From the NCBI GenBank assembly GCA_053919585.1, contig CM132804.1: a stretch of 64,000 nucleotides of DNA; one strand, written 5' to 3'. Each line of letters begins with the position of its first letter. Positions within the stretch are counted from its first letter, which is position 1. The DNA comes from Euprymna scolopes. Lineage: Eukaryota. The translations under genes were made by a program, and so were the position numbers. This document shows, piece after piece, positions 26,771 through 38,959 of this stretch. The notes beneath the pieces were generated by a model that ran no database searches, was not told where the DNA came from, and saw only the letters and a list, made by a program, of their open reading frames with translations.

Positions 26771-27039
26771 AAACAATGATTCTCAATGTTATAGAATAAA
26801 ATAAAATAGTAATTTTCGGTGTTATAGATAAACTATGCCACTAATATTCAATTCTACGGAATTAAAAAATATGCTAAGTATAGGGCGAAATGATAAAATT
26901 TTACCAAGGAACATTGAACGGCATGTAAGAATATATACAGAGTGGAACAATAAAATTGTCGTCCAAAATAAGACAACACTACCGCTTTATTTTAAAACTT
27001 TTATTTTAAAAAATCAATTCAGGTAACTTAGCTATGTAG

Positions 27040-27660
27040 TAGAGCTGACATTTATTCAATGTAGCCGCCTTAAGCCTCATCACCGCCTCGACACAAGTTC
27101 GGAACTAGAAGCAGTCCTCTTCCACAAGTGCTCGCCGAATACTCAGCGAATGGCGGCGATCAGGCTGGCATTGCTATTAGGGAGGTGATGTCCTCGACGT
27201 ATGATTAAACGAAGTAGTCCGGCGGTTTCAAGTTGGAGGAGGAGGAGACAGTGAGTGAAGGGTACAACCTTGTAGCACTTCTTCTGAATCCAAGTCTGGA
27301 TCTCTTTGGACTTGTGGATCGGCCCTGAATCCTACGGCCACACTTGGGGTCAGCCAGCGGCCACCTGATTTCACCAGGGGATCACCACACTCTTCAGCAC
27401 ATCCAGGTACACTTTAGTGTTGACTTTTAAGCCGACTTCGAAGATGGGATATGACATGATATTGCCCCCACTTGAAACCACACCAAAGACCATAAACGTG
27501 GCCGGAAACTTTGTTTTCATCACCCTGGGCACGTGCCTGTTATTCGTGGCAATCCAGCGATGCATTTTCAGCGTGTTAGCAATGGTTCTGTTGCCATAAC
27601 TTGGATCAATAGAGAGCATGATTTGTACAGCGGTGTATCTCCTATCTCGCTCGTTGAACA
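27040..27660 (-). mobile_element. Tc1/mariner (maT/DD37D-like) transposase remnant
   Basis: KTKFPATFMVFGVVSSGG..VNTKVYLDVLKSVVIPW, then decayed DSGPIHKS and PPDYFV. Subfamily assignment is tentative. Confidence 0.7.
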
Positions 27661-28424
27661 TTGTGTCACTTTAAGACATGATAGAAGGCGCCTATAGCTA
27701 TTGGGATTTGAACACAACTGTCCAACTTGTAGATGGTCTGTAACCAAAAAATAAAATCGGTTTTCAACAAACGGAAATGTAATCTTGTCTTTTCTAGGGC
27801 GATAATTTTATCGTTCCACGCTGTAATATGTGACATAGTTTCAGTTGCAGACCGATAGCAACTTTGCATTCTAAAAGTTGCTGTGATTTGAAAATGTTGA
27901 ACATTAGTTAATGATTTAGTGCCGCTTTTGTTATATTTAGTAAGACTTATTTTTTTTTTGTTTTTTTTGTTTTCTTTTTGTTGGTCAGAGAAGTGGCAAT
28001 TAGTATTTGCAACGAGAAAAGAAATGATGAATTTACAAAAGACGAACATAAAAAATAATGACTTCGAAGAAACGTCGACTTTCCTTTTATTTTTTTAAGT
28101 GGAATAAATGAATCCTTTTGTTGCTTTAAATTATACTCTTTCATCAAAAACGTATATCGACAGACGAAACAAAAGCCAAAAAAAAGTGTCTTGTTTTCAC
28201 CCTCGCATTAAAAAGGAAAATTAAATTTACGTAGTAATTAAGAAAATAAGTTTTTTTCGTTCCAAGGATGGCTAACTACAAGTCGAATGATTCCTCTGCA
28301 AGTACGTCCATTTAAACTCTCCTGTCCAGTCGAGAAAAAAAAAATATTGTCTGTCTGGAAAGAACAGAGACACCCTTTGAGAATAAAACTATATAAAGAC
28401 AAGGTTTACATAATGCATAAAAAT

Positions 28425-28605
28425 TAGGGCTAGGACAACAGCATATTCTTTTCATTGTTTTGACTCTCGGGTGTATATCCGTTGATATCTTATATGCTTT
28501 TATATAGAGTGATGTGGTTCTCGGTTGATTAACTGTGTCAAACTGTGTCGGATATATACTTGAGAGTCAAAACTATGATAAGAATATCCAGTTGTTAGAG
28601 CCCTA
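28425..28605. mobile_element. Palindromic MITE with TAGGGC termini (hAT-like)
   Basis: Long TIRs tagggct..acaac.gcatattctt. Related copies at 28719-28867 and 34937-35109. Confidence 0.75.
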
Positions 28606-28718
28606 ATAATAATCCAGTATTGCATAGGTATATGGCAAGGAATGATCCACGCCGACCAATTATTACGAAGAGTTTTCAATATCTAATGCTAAATGTAAAT
28701 TATACATGTGTAATGTAT

Positions 28719-28867
28719 TAGGGCTATGACAACCGCATATTCTTTTCATTGTTTTGACTCTCGAGTATATATCCGATACAGTTAGACACAGTTAGCATAT
28801 AAGATATCAATGGATACACACTCGAGAGTCAAAACAATGAAAAGAATATGCTGTTGTCATAGCCCTA
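28719..28867. mobile_element. Palindromic MITE, second copy
   Basis: tagggctatgacaac...gttgtcatagcccta with near-perfect arms of about 55 bp. Confidence 0.8.
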
Positions 28868-28964
28868 GTAACGAGTTTTATCCCTATAGATTAAGTGGAA
28901 AACTGCAGGTATACACAAATCGTGATTTTTTTTTATTTACAGTTGTTTGAACAGAGTAAGGTGT

Positions 28965-29418
28965 GAAATGAAGCATGTTGAGTGTCACGCAGTGATCCGG
29001 TTTTTTTTATATTTGATAGGACGCACACGAAGGCAAACTTTTGATGAACTGAAAGAAACATACAGCAAGCATGTCCTATTACACGACCTTGTAAATTGCT
29101 GGCATCGTGAATTATTACATAGTCGGAAATCTTATATTAACTATTATATAATTATTATAGAGAGCAAAAATATGAGGATAGTATAATCTATATATTAATA
29201 CAATAGCGTATGTGTTATTTTCTGTGTCACGCTTACATCCGGGTCGTTTTATTGTTATGTACTTCCATTTCTTGTCATAAATTATTTTACCAAGAATTTT
29301 TCATAAGTTTTGGTTTCGGTTTCGATTATAACTCACGGTATTCCAGTAATCTATGTTTTTTATAAATATTTTTATTAAAGATTCCTCATAATTTCGATTA
29401 TGGGTGACGGAACTCAAG

Positions 29419-29489
<71 letters not shown>

Positions 29490-30070
29490 TTTTTATTCTG
29501 GTTCCGATTCAAGCTAATGCACCCAAGTCATATGAATATTGTTTTTTTTTATTTTTTATAATATATATAAATCGATAGAACATTAATGCTATAATAATAT
29601 ATAAGAAATCTGCATGAATTATAATATCATACTTAAGCGTACTTTACGACTGGGTTTTGCCGAGCGTTCGTGTTCGCTTAGATAAATACTTTTGTAGTGT
29701 TCACAAAAAAATGCTACAATAATATCAGAGCATCTCCATTTACACTGAGCATCTACAGAATGTCAACATCAATATATTACCATGTTCACTAGGTCCCCTG
29801 TGGAATTTCCACGGGTCCCGCTAGTTATATTAATTAAAACATAGTGGAAACAGCTCCCAAGCCTAGTCTCTCGACTTTCTGTCATTGATGAGGCATCTGT
29901 CATTCAGGATACGGCTGCGATTTTGGAAGGTCGACGTGTGACTACCATTCGCATAGACCAAGGTGCCAAGTTTAGTGCAGCATCTGTAGTAAATAATCCT
30001 TTATGACAATTTGCCTATATGTAAGGTGTCTGTCAGATGGATTCTCAGGTTGCTGATACGTTTCCTTTCT
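28965..30070 (+). mobile_element. mariner transposase N-terminal remnant, interrupted by a Helitron
   Basis: MKHVECHAVIRFF..TFDELKETY..VNCWHRE (first HTH) resumes near 29845 as ETAPKP. A later decayed KVSVRWILRLL resembles the mariner WVP motif. Confidence 0.6.
29187..29824 (+). mobile_element. Complete non-autonomous Helitron (family H1)
   Basis: A|TCTATATATTAAT start, hairpin cctgtggaatttccacggg, CTAG|T end, internal (TA)n. Confidence 0.85.
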
Positions 30071-30194
30071 TAGTTTTCAAAGTCTACATCTGGTTAGAGG
30101 ACGATACAACGATGGGGTGAATGCATAAGTAGCTGGTTCTTCTTTAGATAAGAGATAATAACTATGTCAAGTTTCAATTCCCTACTACTAAGAT

Positions 30195-30373
30195 CTTTTG
30201 GCCAACATCAAAGTGTAGTATCTGTTCTTCCGATGCTGCACTTCCATTTCTTGTTTTCTTTCGGTGGAGGATCAGTCCTTCACGACTGAGACATTTTTTT
30301 TTATTTCTGTACATTTTCTCCACGTTAAAAAACGACCCTGGTGTCTGTCCCGTGGGGAGGCATAGTAAATGGG
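30195..30373 (+). mobile_element. U2 snRNA-headed SINE-like element with TSD
   Basis: Head cttttggccaacatcaaagtgtagtatctgttctt matches the U2 5' region. TSD tactaagat at 30186-30194 and 30374-30382. Confidence 0.8.
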
Positions 30374-30449
30374 TACTAAGATAAGTGGCTTGGGGCCATT
30401 ACTTATTGAACGCCCGTTCTATTTTTCTGAGTTTTTACATTATGATTAC

Positions 30450-31060
30450 TTATTTGGATTATTTGGATTATTCTGACCACTGTTCTAAACTTTAGTATTA
30501 TTCGCATAACGTTTCGGCCGATGTTACCTCCAGTCTTCTACATGTATCTCTTGTCAGACTTGAGTAGTGGTAAATATATAAAGTACGATGTAAAATTCAT
30601 GTGTGAGTGGCAGATGAGGTCTATTGAAGAGATGGCCATCCTCTCTATAGACACAACTAACTAAGGACCAATAACGTGGCGACTATGACACAACCTTTTG
30701 AATGACAGACATCTAGAAATAATTAATATTATTTGGATTACTTTGGACTACTGCTCTCATCTTGAGTGTCATTTTCACAACGTTTCGGTCAATGTAACCC
30801 CCGACTTTCTTCGGGTGTATCTTGTCAAAGTCGGGAATATTTCTGTCGAACTTAGGAATTTGGATGGAATTTTCAGCGAACTCCTTTATTTACTTCACGA
30901 GGATAGAATGCTCCTGTCCCATCGGCTATGACTGGATAGAGGTTTATAGTAATTTGCAATTGTATTTTCGGTTGCCCAGACTAAGAATCGAACCTTCAAC
31001 TTTCAGGAGAGTATCATTTTTACAATTGATTTTTCAAGTTCTCTTACCACTGCGCCACGG
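30450..31060 (-). mobile_element. Penelope-derived repeat, two copies with decayed hammerheads
   Basis: aacgtttcggcc..cttc at 30509 and aacgtttcggtc..ttcttcgggtg at 30779 (reverse complement CCGAAGA...GACCGAAACGTTGTG). Confidence 0.55.
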
Positions 31061-31563
31061 GTCCGTAATCAATCATCATCTATAAAAATTAAGAAAGGTA
31101 ATCTCGTAATATCTAGCAGATAAGTCTCTCAGTTCACAGTAGCTTTATATCCTTATCTAATGTATCAAGTGAATTGACAATAGAACAACAAATGATAAGA
31201 AATCCTGGGTTAAAAAAGCTGGTATTCGATGATAGGAACATGAAATATTAGGGGCCTATCTTCTAACACGCACATAGAATGATTGGAAGATGAGAATAAA
31301 GGCTGACGTCATCACTATTAGAGAAATCATAATCAAAAAAGGAGAGTGCATAATTTTCAACAAAAGTAGCAATAATTTATGATTCAAAAGCGGAAACATC
31401 TTGCAACGCGGTGCTTGTTATTTAATACGCAAGGACACCACCTTCAAAAGGAAGTGGGTACTTGTTGCTTCTGTTTTCATGAGACCGTCCTCCCATTAAT
31501 GACCTCCTCCATTTTAGGGGCTGCTTGAATCTCCTCATTATTTTATCGTCCTTTATTGTATTA

Positions 31564-31706
31564 CTAGCCCGGGTGTCCGGCGATGCCCGGGTGTTTAGAG
31601 GTGTTTTTTCTTGGGCAAAGAAAAAAGTGGTAGTAGGCAGGCAGGTTGGCTGGAATCCGTAGGGAGAAAAAGAACGTGGAAAAAAAACACGTGACGTCTT
31701 TGCCGT
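31564..31706 (-). mobile_element. Helitron 3' fragment (family H2)
   Basis: Reverse complement of about 58472-58612, including the hairpin and CTAG. Confidence 0.75.
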
Positions 31707-31889
31707 CTTTCTGAAATAAAACAGCGTCACACTTTGCACATGAAAATATTTCAAATATTTATACTGGCGGTTTTGTTTTCTTAATCACATTCATCCAGAG
31801 GAAGTCTCGAAATAAAGACGAAACGTTCATGAACACATAACACAGGTTGTTTCTTTTTATTTCTCTATTTTGTCTCCCTCTCAGTACAG

Positions 31890-33155
31890 ACCGCTAAGTT
31901 TCCTGCGCGTTATGAGTAAGTTGCTGGAATCTTTGTTAAATAGAGAAGTAATCAATCATCTTAGCAAAAATAACCTTCTTAGTGACACGCAATATAATTT
32001 CCGTTCTGCTAGATCTACAGCAGATGGGCTTAGAGTTATATCTTAGAGGATTAGCGAATCTCTCAACGGAGACTACCTTTCTAGGGCAATTGCTCTTGAC
32101 ATATCTAAAGGCTTTGATAGAGTATGGCACAAAGGTCTACTTCACAAAATCTCCAGCTACGGAATAGTTGAAAATGTCTTCTCAATTATAAAATCATTTC
32201 TCTCTGATAGACTCATAAGAGTAGTGGTTGATGGGCAGAAATCATAAGCTCACAGTATTAATGCTGGAGTCCCTCAGGGGTCCATCCTGGGCCCAACTCT
32301 CTTCCTGATCTCCATTAAAAATCTTCCAAATCACATCCTTATATCATTCGTAGACATTTAAGCTGATGACAATACTATATATGGTAACACATCTAAAACC
32401 GTAAACGACTAAGTTCACTCCGATTCTCTCTCCTCTGATCTTGAGCAAATGGTACAATGAGGAAAAGGTGGCTTGTTACTTTTAATGCATCTTAAACCAA
32501 GCTTTTATCTTTACATCATCAACGCTATTATCGCCATATGGGCTCAATTGAAATGAATGGCTCTCGTCCTCGGGAGGCCTCATGTTTTGCCAAGCTTCTG
32601 GGCTTGACCTTTTCTCTTGATCTGAAATGGAACACATACATTAAATCCGTTGCCAAAGTCGCTGAAAAAATGGTGGGATCCTTCTCTCGATCTAGTAGAT
32701 ATCTCACTCCTGATTCAATTCTCTATCTATATAAGAACCAGGTACGTCCAAGGATGGAGTACTGTTGCCACATCTGGGAAGAATATGCTAGAAAGTACTT
32801 ATCCTGCCTTGATAGAGTTCAAAATAGACTTCGTAGCCTCGTAAGGGATGTCCTTTTCTCCTCCCTACAACCTCTTTTTCACAGAAGAGATGTTGCGAGT
32901 TTGTCTCTGCTTTATCGTTATTTTCATGGACGCCTGTGGAATTGTCTTCCGTTTTCCTGCTTTCCAGCTGACTACATTCTGATTGTAGTCAAGTCTAACG
33001 TAAACAGGTTTTTGATGAGCCGTTCCACATAAGTTAACAAATTTACCGAATTTCCATTACTAACGATTACTTTATTGTCCAATTGTCTACTGTACACTCT
33101 TGAACCCTTATCCCCGAGTGGCTTCTTGGCCTTGATAAGTGGTGATGACGTTGTA
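31890..33155 (+). mobile_element. CR1-group LINE family B RT remnant (longest copy)
   Basis: [32 protein letters not shown] and RPRMEYCCHIW motifs, with multiple stops. Confidence 0.9.
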
Positions 33156-33196
33156 AAAAGTACTATTTCCATTATCCTTATCATATATATATAAAT

Positions 33197-33255
<59 letters not shown>

Positions 33256-33481
33256 GCAGTTAAAGTTGTTTGCTCATTTAATGCGAGCAGACGGCTTGAA
33301 AAACAATCGTGCAGTAAAGTAAAATCCCCGGAAAAAAGAGCAAAAAGGAAAATAATGCACACAATTAACTGACAGTCTGAACATGGTAATTGGAACCACG
33401 ACTACAGATCTCATCAAAAAGACCGAATGCAGAGGGGACTGGATGACCATATTTGCTATAACACACCTGATCCCCGGAGAA

Positions 33482-33542
<61 letters not shown>

Positions 33543-33659
33543 CTACTTCATTTGATCACATGAATTAATATACGAAGATATAATTTTATCAGTAAATATT
33601 CAGTATTTACTTCAACAGTGCTCAATACATAAGTTATGAAAATATATACGGCAATTAAG

Positions 33660-33748
33660 CTACACATCGTTTCATTCTCGTGAGAATCTGTCAGGCTTAT
33701 GCCTGACGCATTCTCCCGAGAATGAAACGCGGAATATTTGGTGCAGCT
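33660..33748. ncRNA. Back-to-back decayed hammerhead pair (family of 22115)
   Basis: gtttcattctcgtgagaatctgtcagg / cctgacgcattctcccgagaatgaaac. Both cores are mutated. Confidence 0.5.
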
Positions 33749-33774
33749 TAATTGTCATATATATTTTCATAACT

Positions 33775-33819
<45 letters not shown>

Positions 33820-33857
33820 CTTTGATATAGACGGATATACATATATATAAAACATCC

Positions 33858-33897
<40 letters not shown>

Positions 33898-34498
33898 ACA
33901 TACATATATATGTATGTATAGATATATAGATAGGTAGAAAGATAGATAAATAGATGAAGACAATCTTTGTTGATTACTCATTTTCAGCCGAACAAGCCCC
34001 AAATGTCTCCTAATGTCACGTATCAATTGGTTCGCCGTCGATTTATTTTTTTTGTATTAAAGTGCATTTCGATTAAATCACGTTTCCCAATTTACGGCAA
34101 ATAGATTTCCACGTTTACTCTTTATTTTTATTTTCTCTTATTTCCGTTCTTCTCAACTTTGTTTTTTGTTTTATTAATATTTTACTAGGCATTCTTACAC
34201 GTAGGTCAGTCTAAGTGATTGCCTACTGGCAATAACCAGTGATGTTCCCTGGAATCTGAACGAAAATTCACCTCCTATTTCCAGCACTCTGCATCTCCTT
34301 CAAGTAAACGATGCAAAATCACTTTTGATTATTGCAGCATCCGATTACCTATTATTTCTACCTTGCAACGACCGTTGGTATTCTCTGAACTCTTAAGGTG
34401 GATGTCAAGTTGAGGATTTCCCTCTTCAGGCCTTCCAGTCTTCTTTGGGGCTTTACGGCTATCTTATACGTTGATTTTTCTACTGATACGAGAATAAT

Positions 34499-34566
<68 letters not shown>

Positions 34567-34606
34567 ACTAAACAGGTACACACACGCGCGCCGCACGTGC
34601 ATACAC

Positions 34607-34645
<39 letters not shown>

Positions 34646-34936
34646 TGTTGATCAGATTCTTTTTATGCTTACTGAAGTAAAGTTTTCGGGACAATTTTTC
34701 TGTTGTTTATTTTTTTTTGACGAATACAGATATTGCTGAATAGTGAAACCACTATAATAAATAGCAACCTCTTTACTTGTAAATAAAAAATATAGTTCTA
34801 TTCTTATCGAGTATTTTCGATTGAGTCATTTAATCGTCTCTAGGTTAGATATATGTCTGGTTGGTTCATATTTGTTGATTTCGTCAAACGGTTCACCAAT
34901 GTTTTTTTTATATACGCATGGGTGATGAGTAAGGTA

Positions 34937-35109
34937 AGGACAACAGCATATTCTTTTCATTGTTTTTACTCTCGAGTGTGTATCCGTTAGTATCGTATAT
35001 TCTTTTATATAGAGTGATGTGGTTCTCAGTTGATTAGCTGTGTCTAACTGTGTCGGATATATACACTCGAGAGTCAAAATAATGATAAGAATATTCTGTT
35101 ATAGCTCTA
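34937..35109. mobile_element. Palindromic MITE, third copy
   Basis: Similar to 28425-28605. Confidence 0.7.
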
Positions 35110-35327
35110 GTGATGAGACACCGCATACGAGACGTGAACAGATTGAAAGTGAGTGATTATTTACAATTACAAGTATTATAAAAGTTAAAGGATTTTTTTC
35201 GAGTGTATTCTGTTAATTTATTTCCTATTTTCTGGTCATATCATTTCAATAACTAATATCAGGGCTCGTACCGCACCACCACTTATCACTTGAAGAGTTG
35301 ATCCATTCTGTCAAAAATATGATCTTC

Positions 35328-35395
<68 letters not shown>

Positions 35396-35989
35396 CAGCT
35401 CTCTCTCCACCCTCTCTATCTCTTCCTCTTGCAAATTTCGTCATTTTTTATTGCCTTTTTTTAAGTGGAGAAAAGGGATTAATACTGTTGTGTTGTCGGT
35501 TCGTATCCTTGAGTGTGTTTATATAATGAATCTGTTGTTAAATGCCGGATCTAACTGGACTACCTGTCACACGACACGCCCGCAATATAGAGGCACACTT
35601 TGAACCATTAATGAGCGCAATTAATCAAAGGCAACATTGTTAAAGAACAAAAGGTCAAATTAGGTACGACCTGAGAGGATTATATTTCGATGACTTACGT
35701 TTGCCTTTTCATAACTTGCTTTCTTTACACAATTTCACCGCCACATATACTTACTATTCTCGAACACAATTTTTATTTTTGTTCCTTTTCTCCACACTGG
35801 TGTCTAACTCTATCCCGTGGGGAGAGAGTGTAAATAGGAACATAAGAATATAAGAATGCGATTTACGAACGTTAATGAATAAAAAATGTGAACTTTAAAC
35901 ATGGCGGCTACGACTTAATATTTTATTTCTTTGAACTTCTTTTTTCCCATTAACATCATTTATTTTATTTTTCGCAAGAAACGACACGT

Positions 35990-36163
35990 TTGCCTTTAGG
36001 AACAAAGTGTAGTATCTGTTCTGATACAAAACTTCACCTTTTCTGTCCTCAGACAATGGAGGAGAAATCCTTCATGATTCAGATAATTTTTGTTCCTATC
36101 CAGAGTGCTTCTTTTTGTGTAGCTGGATATTTCCTCCCATTAAAAACCGACCTTGTATCTAAC
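35990..36163 (+). mobile_element. U2-headed SINE copy, split by a P-like transposon (resumes 38140-38176)
   Basis: Head aaagtgtagtatctgttctgatac. The tail gcctccgtggggaggcaagtaaata lies after the insertion. Confidence 0.75.
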
Positions 36164-36486
36164 CGTGGCTACCGAGAGTAAAGAAGGCCGGTGCACATGA
36201 CAGCGTGACGTCATTATCAGATTCACTTGTAGGAATATGCTCTAGGATATCAGCAGCAGTTTCGTCTAGTTTTCAGTTTGCTGTTTAACATGGTGTATTC
36301 TTGCGTTGTTACAAATTGTCGGGGAAATTATGCAAAAGGCCCCAAAGTACATATATTTTCTTATCCTGAACATTCTCGATTTGGATACATGCCATTAGAA
36401 GGGAAAATTTTATTCCAACCAAATATAATAAAGTAAGTGATGTTATTTGTTAATAATTAAACGTGTAGTGAATTAGAATTGTATTC

Positions 36487-36863
36487 AAGTGCTTTCATAA
36501 CATTTGATAACATTGTTAATATAAATTAAAGTACTTTCATAACGTTTGATAACATTGCTAATATAAATTAAAGTACTTTCATAACGTTTGATAACATTGT
36601 TAATATAAATTAAAGTACTTTCATAACGTTTGATAACATTGTTAATATAAATTAAAGTACTTTCATAACGTTTGATAACATTGTTAATATAAATTAAAGT
36701 ACTTTCATAACGTTTGATAACATTGTTAATATAAATTAAAGTACTTTCATAACATTTGATAACATTGTTAATATAAATTAAAGTACTTTCATAACGTTTG
36801 ATAACATTGTTAATATAAATTAAAGTACTGATAACGTTCGATAACATTGTTAATATAAATTAA
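36487..36863. repeat. 42-bp minisatellite, about 9 copies
   Basis: Unit aagtactttcataacgtttgataacattgttaatataaatta, nearly invariant. Confidence 0.95.
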
Positions 36864-37250
36864 TGAAACAATACTATTTATTGCTAATACAGCAAATATT
36901 ATGTTGATATTTTTAACTGTTTATTTTCTTATAAGGCTAAAAAGTCTATCAGGAAGGTTGAAAATTTAATTTAATTTTGTTTTAGGTTTTAAAATTATAA
37001 ACAAATAATTTTTACATGAGAATAATTGTCAAAATGTTTTGTTAATAATAAATAAAACCTTTCATTGAGTATGTCCAAATATTTTAAAGTTCTATATTTT
37101 TTCTAAAGTCGGTTTGAAAATTATTCACCTCGTGGCTATTAATGAAATTAGCCGTGACTGAGCGTTATATATTAAAATTGATTGTTTCTCTTTAGAATTA
37201 TAAACAAATACTTTTTACATGAGAATATTTGTCAAAAATATTGTTTTTAA

Positions 37251-37451
37251 TTTATTTACTTGCCTCCCCACGAGGCACAGTTAGACACAAGGTCGGTGTT
37301 TAATGTGGGAAGATTTAGCTCCCCAAAAAAGGTCACTCTGGATAGGAACAAAAATAAAATTAAAATTGTCTCGGTCATGAAGGATTTCTTCTCCACTGAC
37401 CGAGGACAGAACAAATAAAGTGTAGTATCAGAACAGATACTACACTGTGAT
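37251..37451 (-). mobile_element. U2-headed SINE copy
   Basis: Minus strand atcacagtgtagtatctgttctgatactacact...gcctcgtggggaggcaagtaaataaa. Confidence 0.8.
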
Positions 37452-38578
37452 TATTATTATTGTAAATGTTTGTTTACTATTTTTTCTTAGATTTTAGCAA
37501 TAGTTTACATTATGGTAGGAATGTTTTCTTTAATTATGCTTTTAGGTATGTGAACATCATTTTCGGCAAGAGGATTTAATAAAGAAGTCAAGATTCGATG
37601 ATAAAACGTTGTGAAATAAACACGAAAGATGAGAACATTAGTCCGAATAATCTCTAAATTTCCAAAAAATAATATTCAACCCATGTGATTTTTCTCTAAA
37701 TTAAATTAAAAAAATATTTCTGCACTAGTAACTTTTATTGTTTGTTTGTATTTAAATTATTTTTTTTATTTCAATTTTGTGTATTTTATCGTTTGTTTTC
37801 ATTCTTAAAATTATTTATCGATGGTTTTCACTTTTAAAATTATTCATCGTTGGTGTGTAATATGTTTTTTAATTCTTTGTTTCCTAACTTCATAATTCAG
37901 TATTAAATTGTATATTGCTTTAAAATGACTTAATTTTGAATAGATAATATTTATATTTTATATTGAATAAAGTTCAGTTTAAGTATTAATCGAACTGTGT
38001 TTCTTTTTCTTTTTAAAAATGTTTTATTGCTCTTTTTCAAATGGCCCTGATATAGTACTGACAGTCTGACAAATCTTACCTGCATTGCCTGCAGACATTT
38101 TTCAGTTAACAGGCCTTCTTCTTACTCTCAGTGGCCGTGGTCTAACCCTGCCTCCGTGGGGAGGCAAGTAAATAGAACTATTTTTGTTAGCCGTCTTTCT
38201 TGATCACCCATCACCATCAACAAAAGAAATCCGTAAATCAAATTATACCATTAAACCTATTTTTCATTTATAAACTCACATTGTCTAGGGTTCGATTCTA
38301 GCCTTTTCTTGATATCAGTTTCACTTATCTAGTCTGCCTCTTTACTTATACGAGAAGGGGGCAGTCCTGCTTATGTAAGATTTAAGAATAGAGTAAAATG
38401 TGTTTCAAGAGGTTTATCAGTTATCTTCCTTTAATATTGTTAAGTTATCTCCCTTTAGTATTGTTTATACCGTTCAATGTTGAGAAACAAAATCCTTCCA
38501 ACACATTATTAAATAATACAAAACAACTGAAATATATTATTGAACCAAATGTTATTTAAACACTAATATAATAAAATA

Positions 38579-38910
38579 CTAGTGGGACCTGTCGAAATTC
38601 AACAAGGGACTCATTCATATGTAATATATTGATGTTGACATTCTGTAGATGTTAAGCGTAAACCAAAACGCTCTGATATTATTGTAGCTCTTTTGTTAAA
38701 ACTACAAAAATGTTTATCTGAGCTAGCTGGGACGCGCGGTATAACCTGGTCGTAAAGTACGTTTAAATATATTATTTTAATTCTTGCAGATTTCGTATGT
38801 ATTATTATACATTCTATCGATTTTTATATATTATAAAGTTGCGATTACAAAAATTACAAAAATGTATGCGTCAGCTTGAATCGAAACTGAAACAAAAACT
38901 TATGAAAAAA
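38579..38910 (-). mobile_element. Helitron family H1, 3' half
   Basis: CTAG at 38579-38582 with a decayed hairpin. Homologous to the 3' part of 29187-29824. Confidence 0.75.
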
Positions 38911-38959
38911 TATAATATCAGCATATACTATTTACGATATATTCATCATGAATATAGAT

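Larger units (their letters stand above)
36164..38139 (+). mobile_element. P/Galileo-like DNA transposon relic with split THAP domain
   Basis: TIRs cgtggctaccgagagtaa / ttactctcagtggccgtg and a 7-bp TSD (atctaac / gtctaac). Exon 1 from ATG 36290 reads MVYSCVVTNC..FSYP, frameshifts, then WIHAIRRENFIPTKYNK. A GT-AG intron spans 36433-37545 and exon 2 starts VCEHHF. Confidence 0.75.

Noticed and set aside
36485-36847. 120-aa repeat ORF (YESTLIYINNVIKR)n
   Set aside because: By-product of a 42-bp minisatellite that lacks stops in one frame. It lies antisense within a predicted intron.
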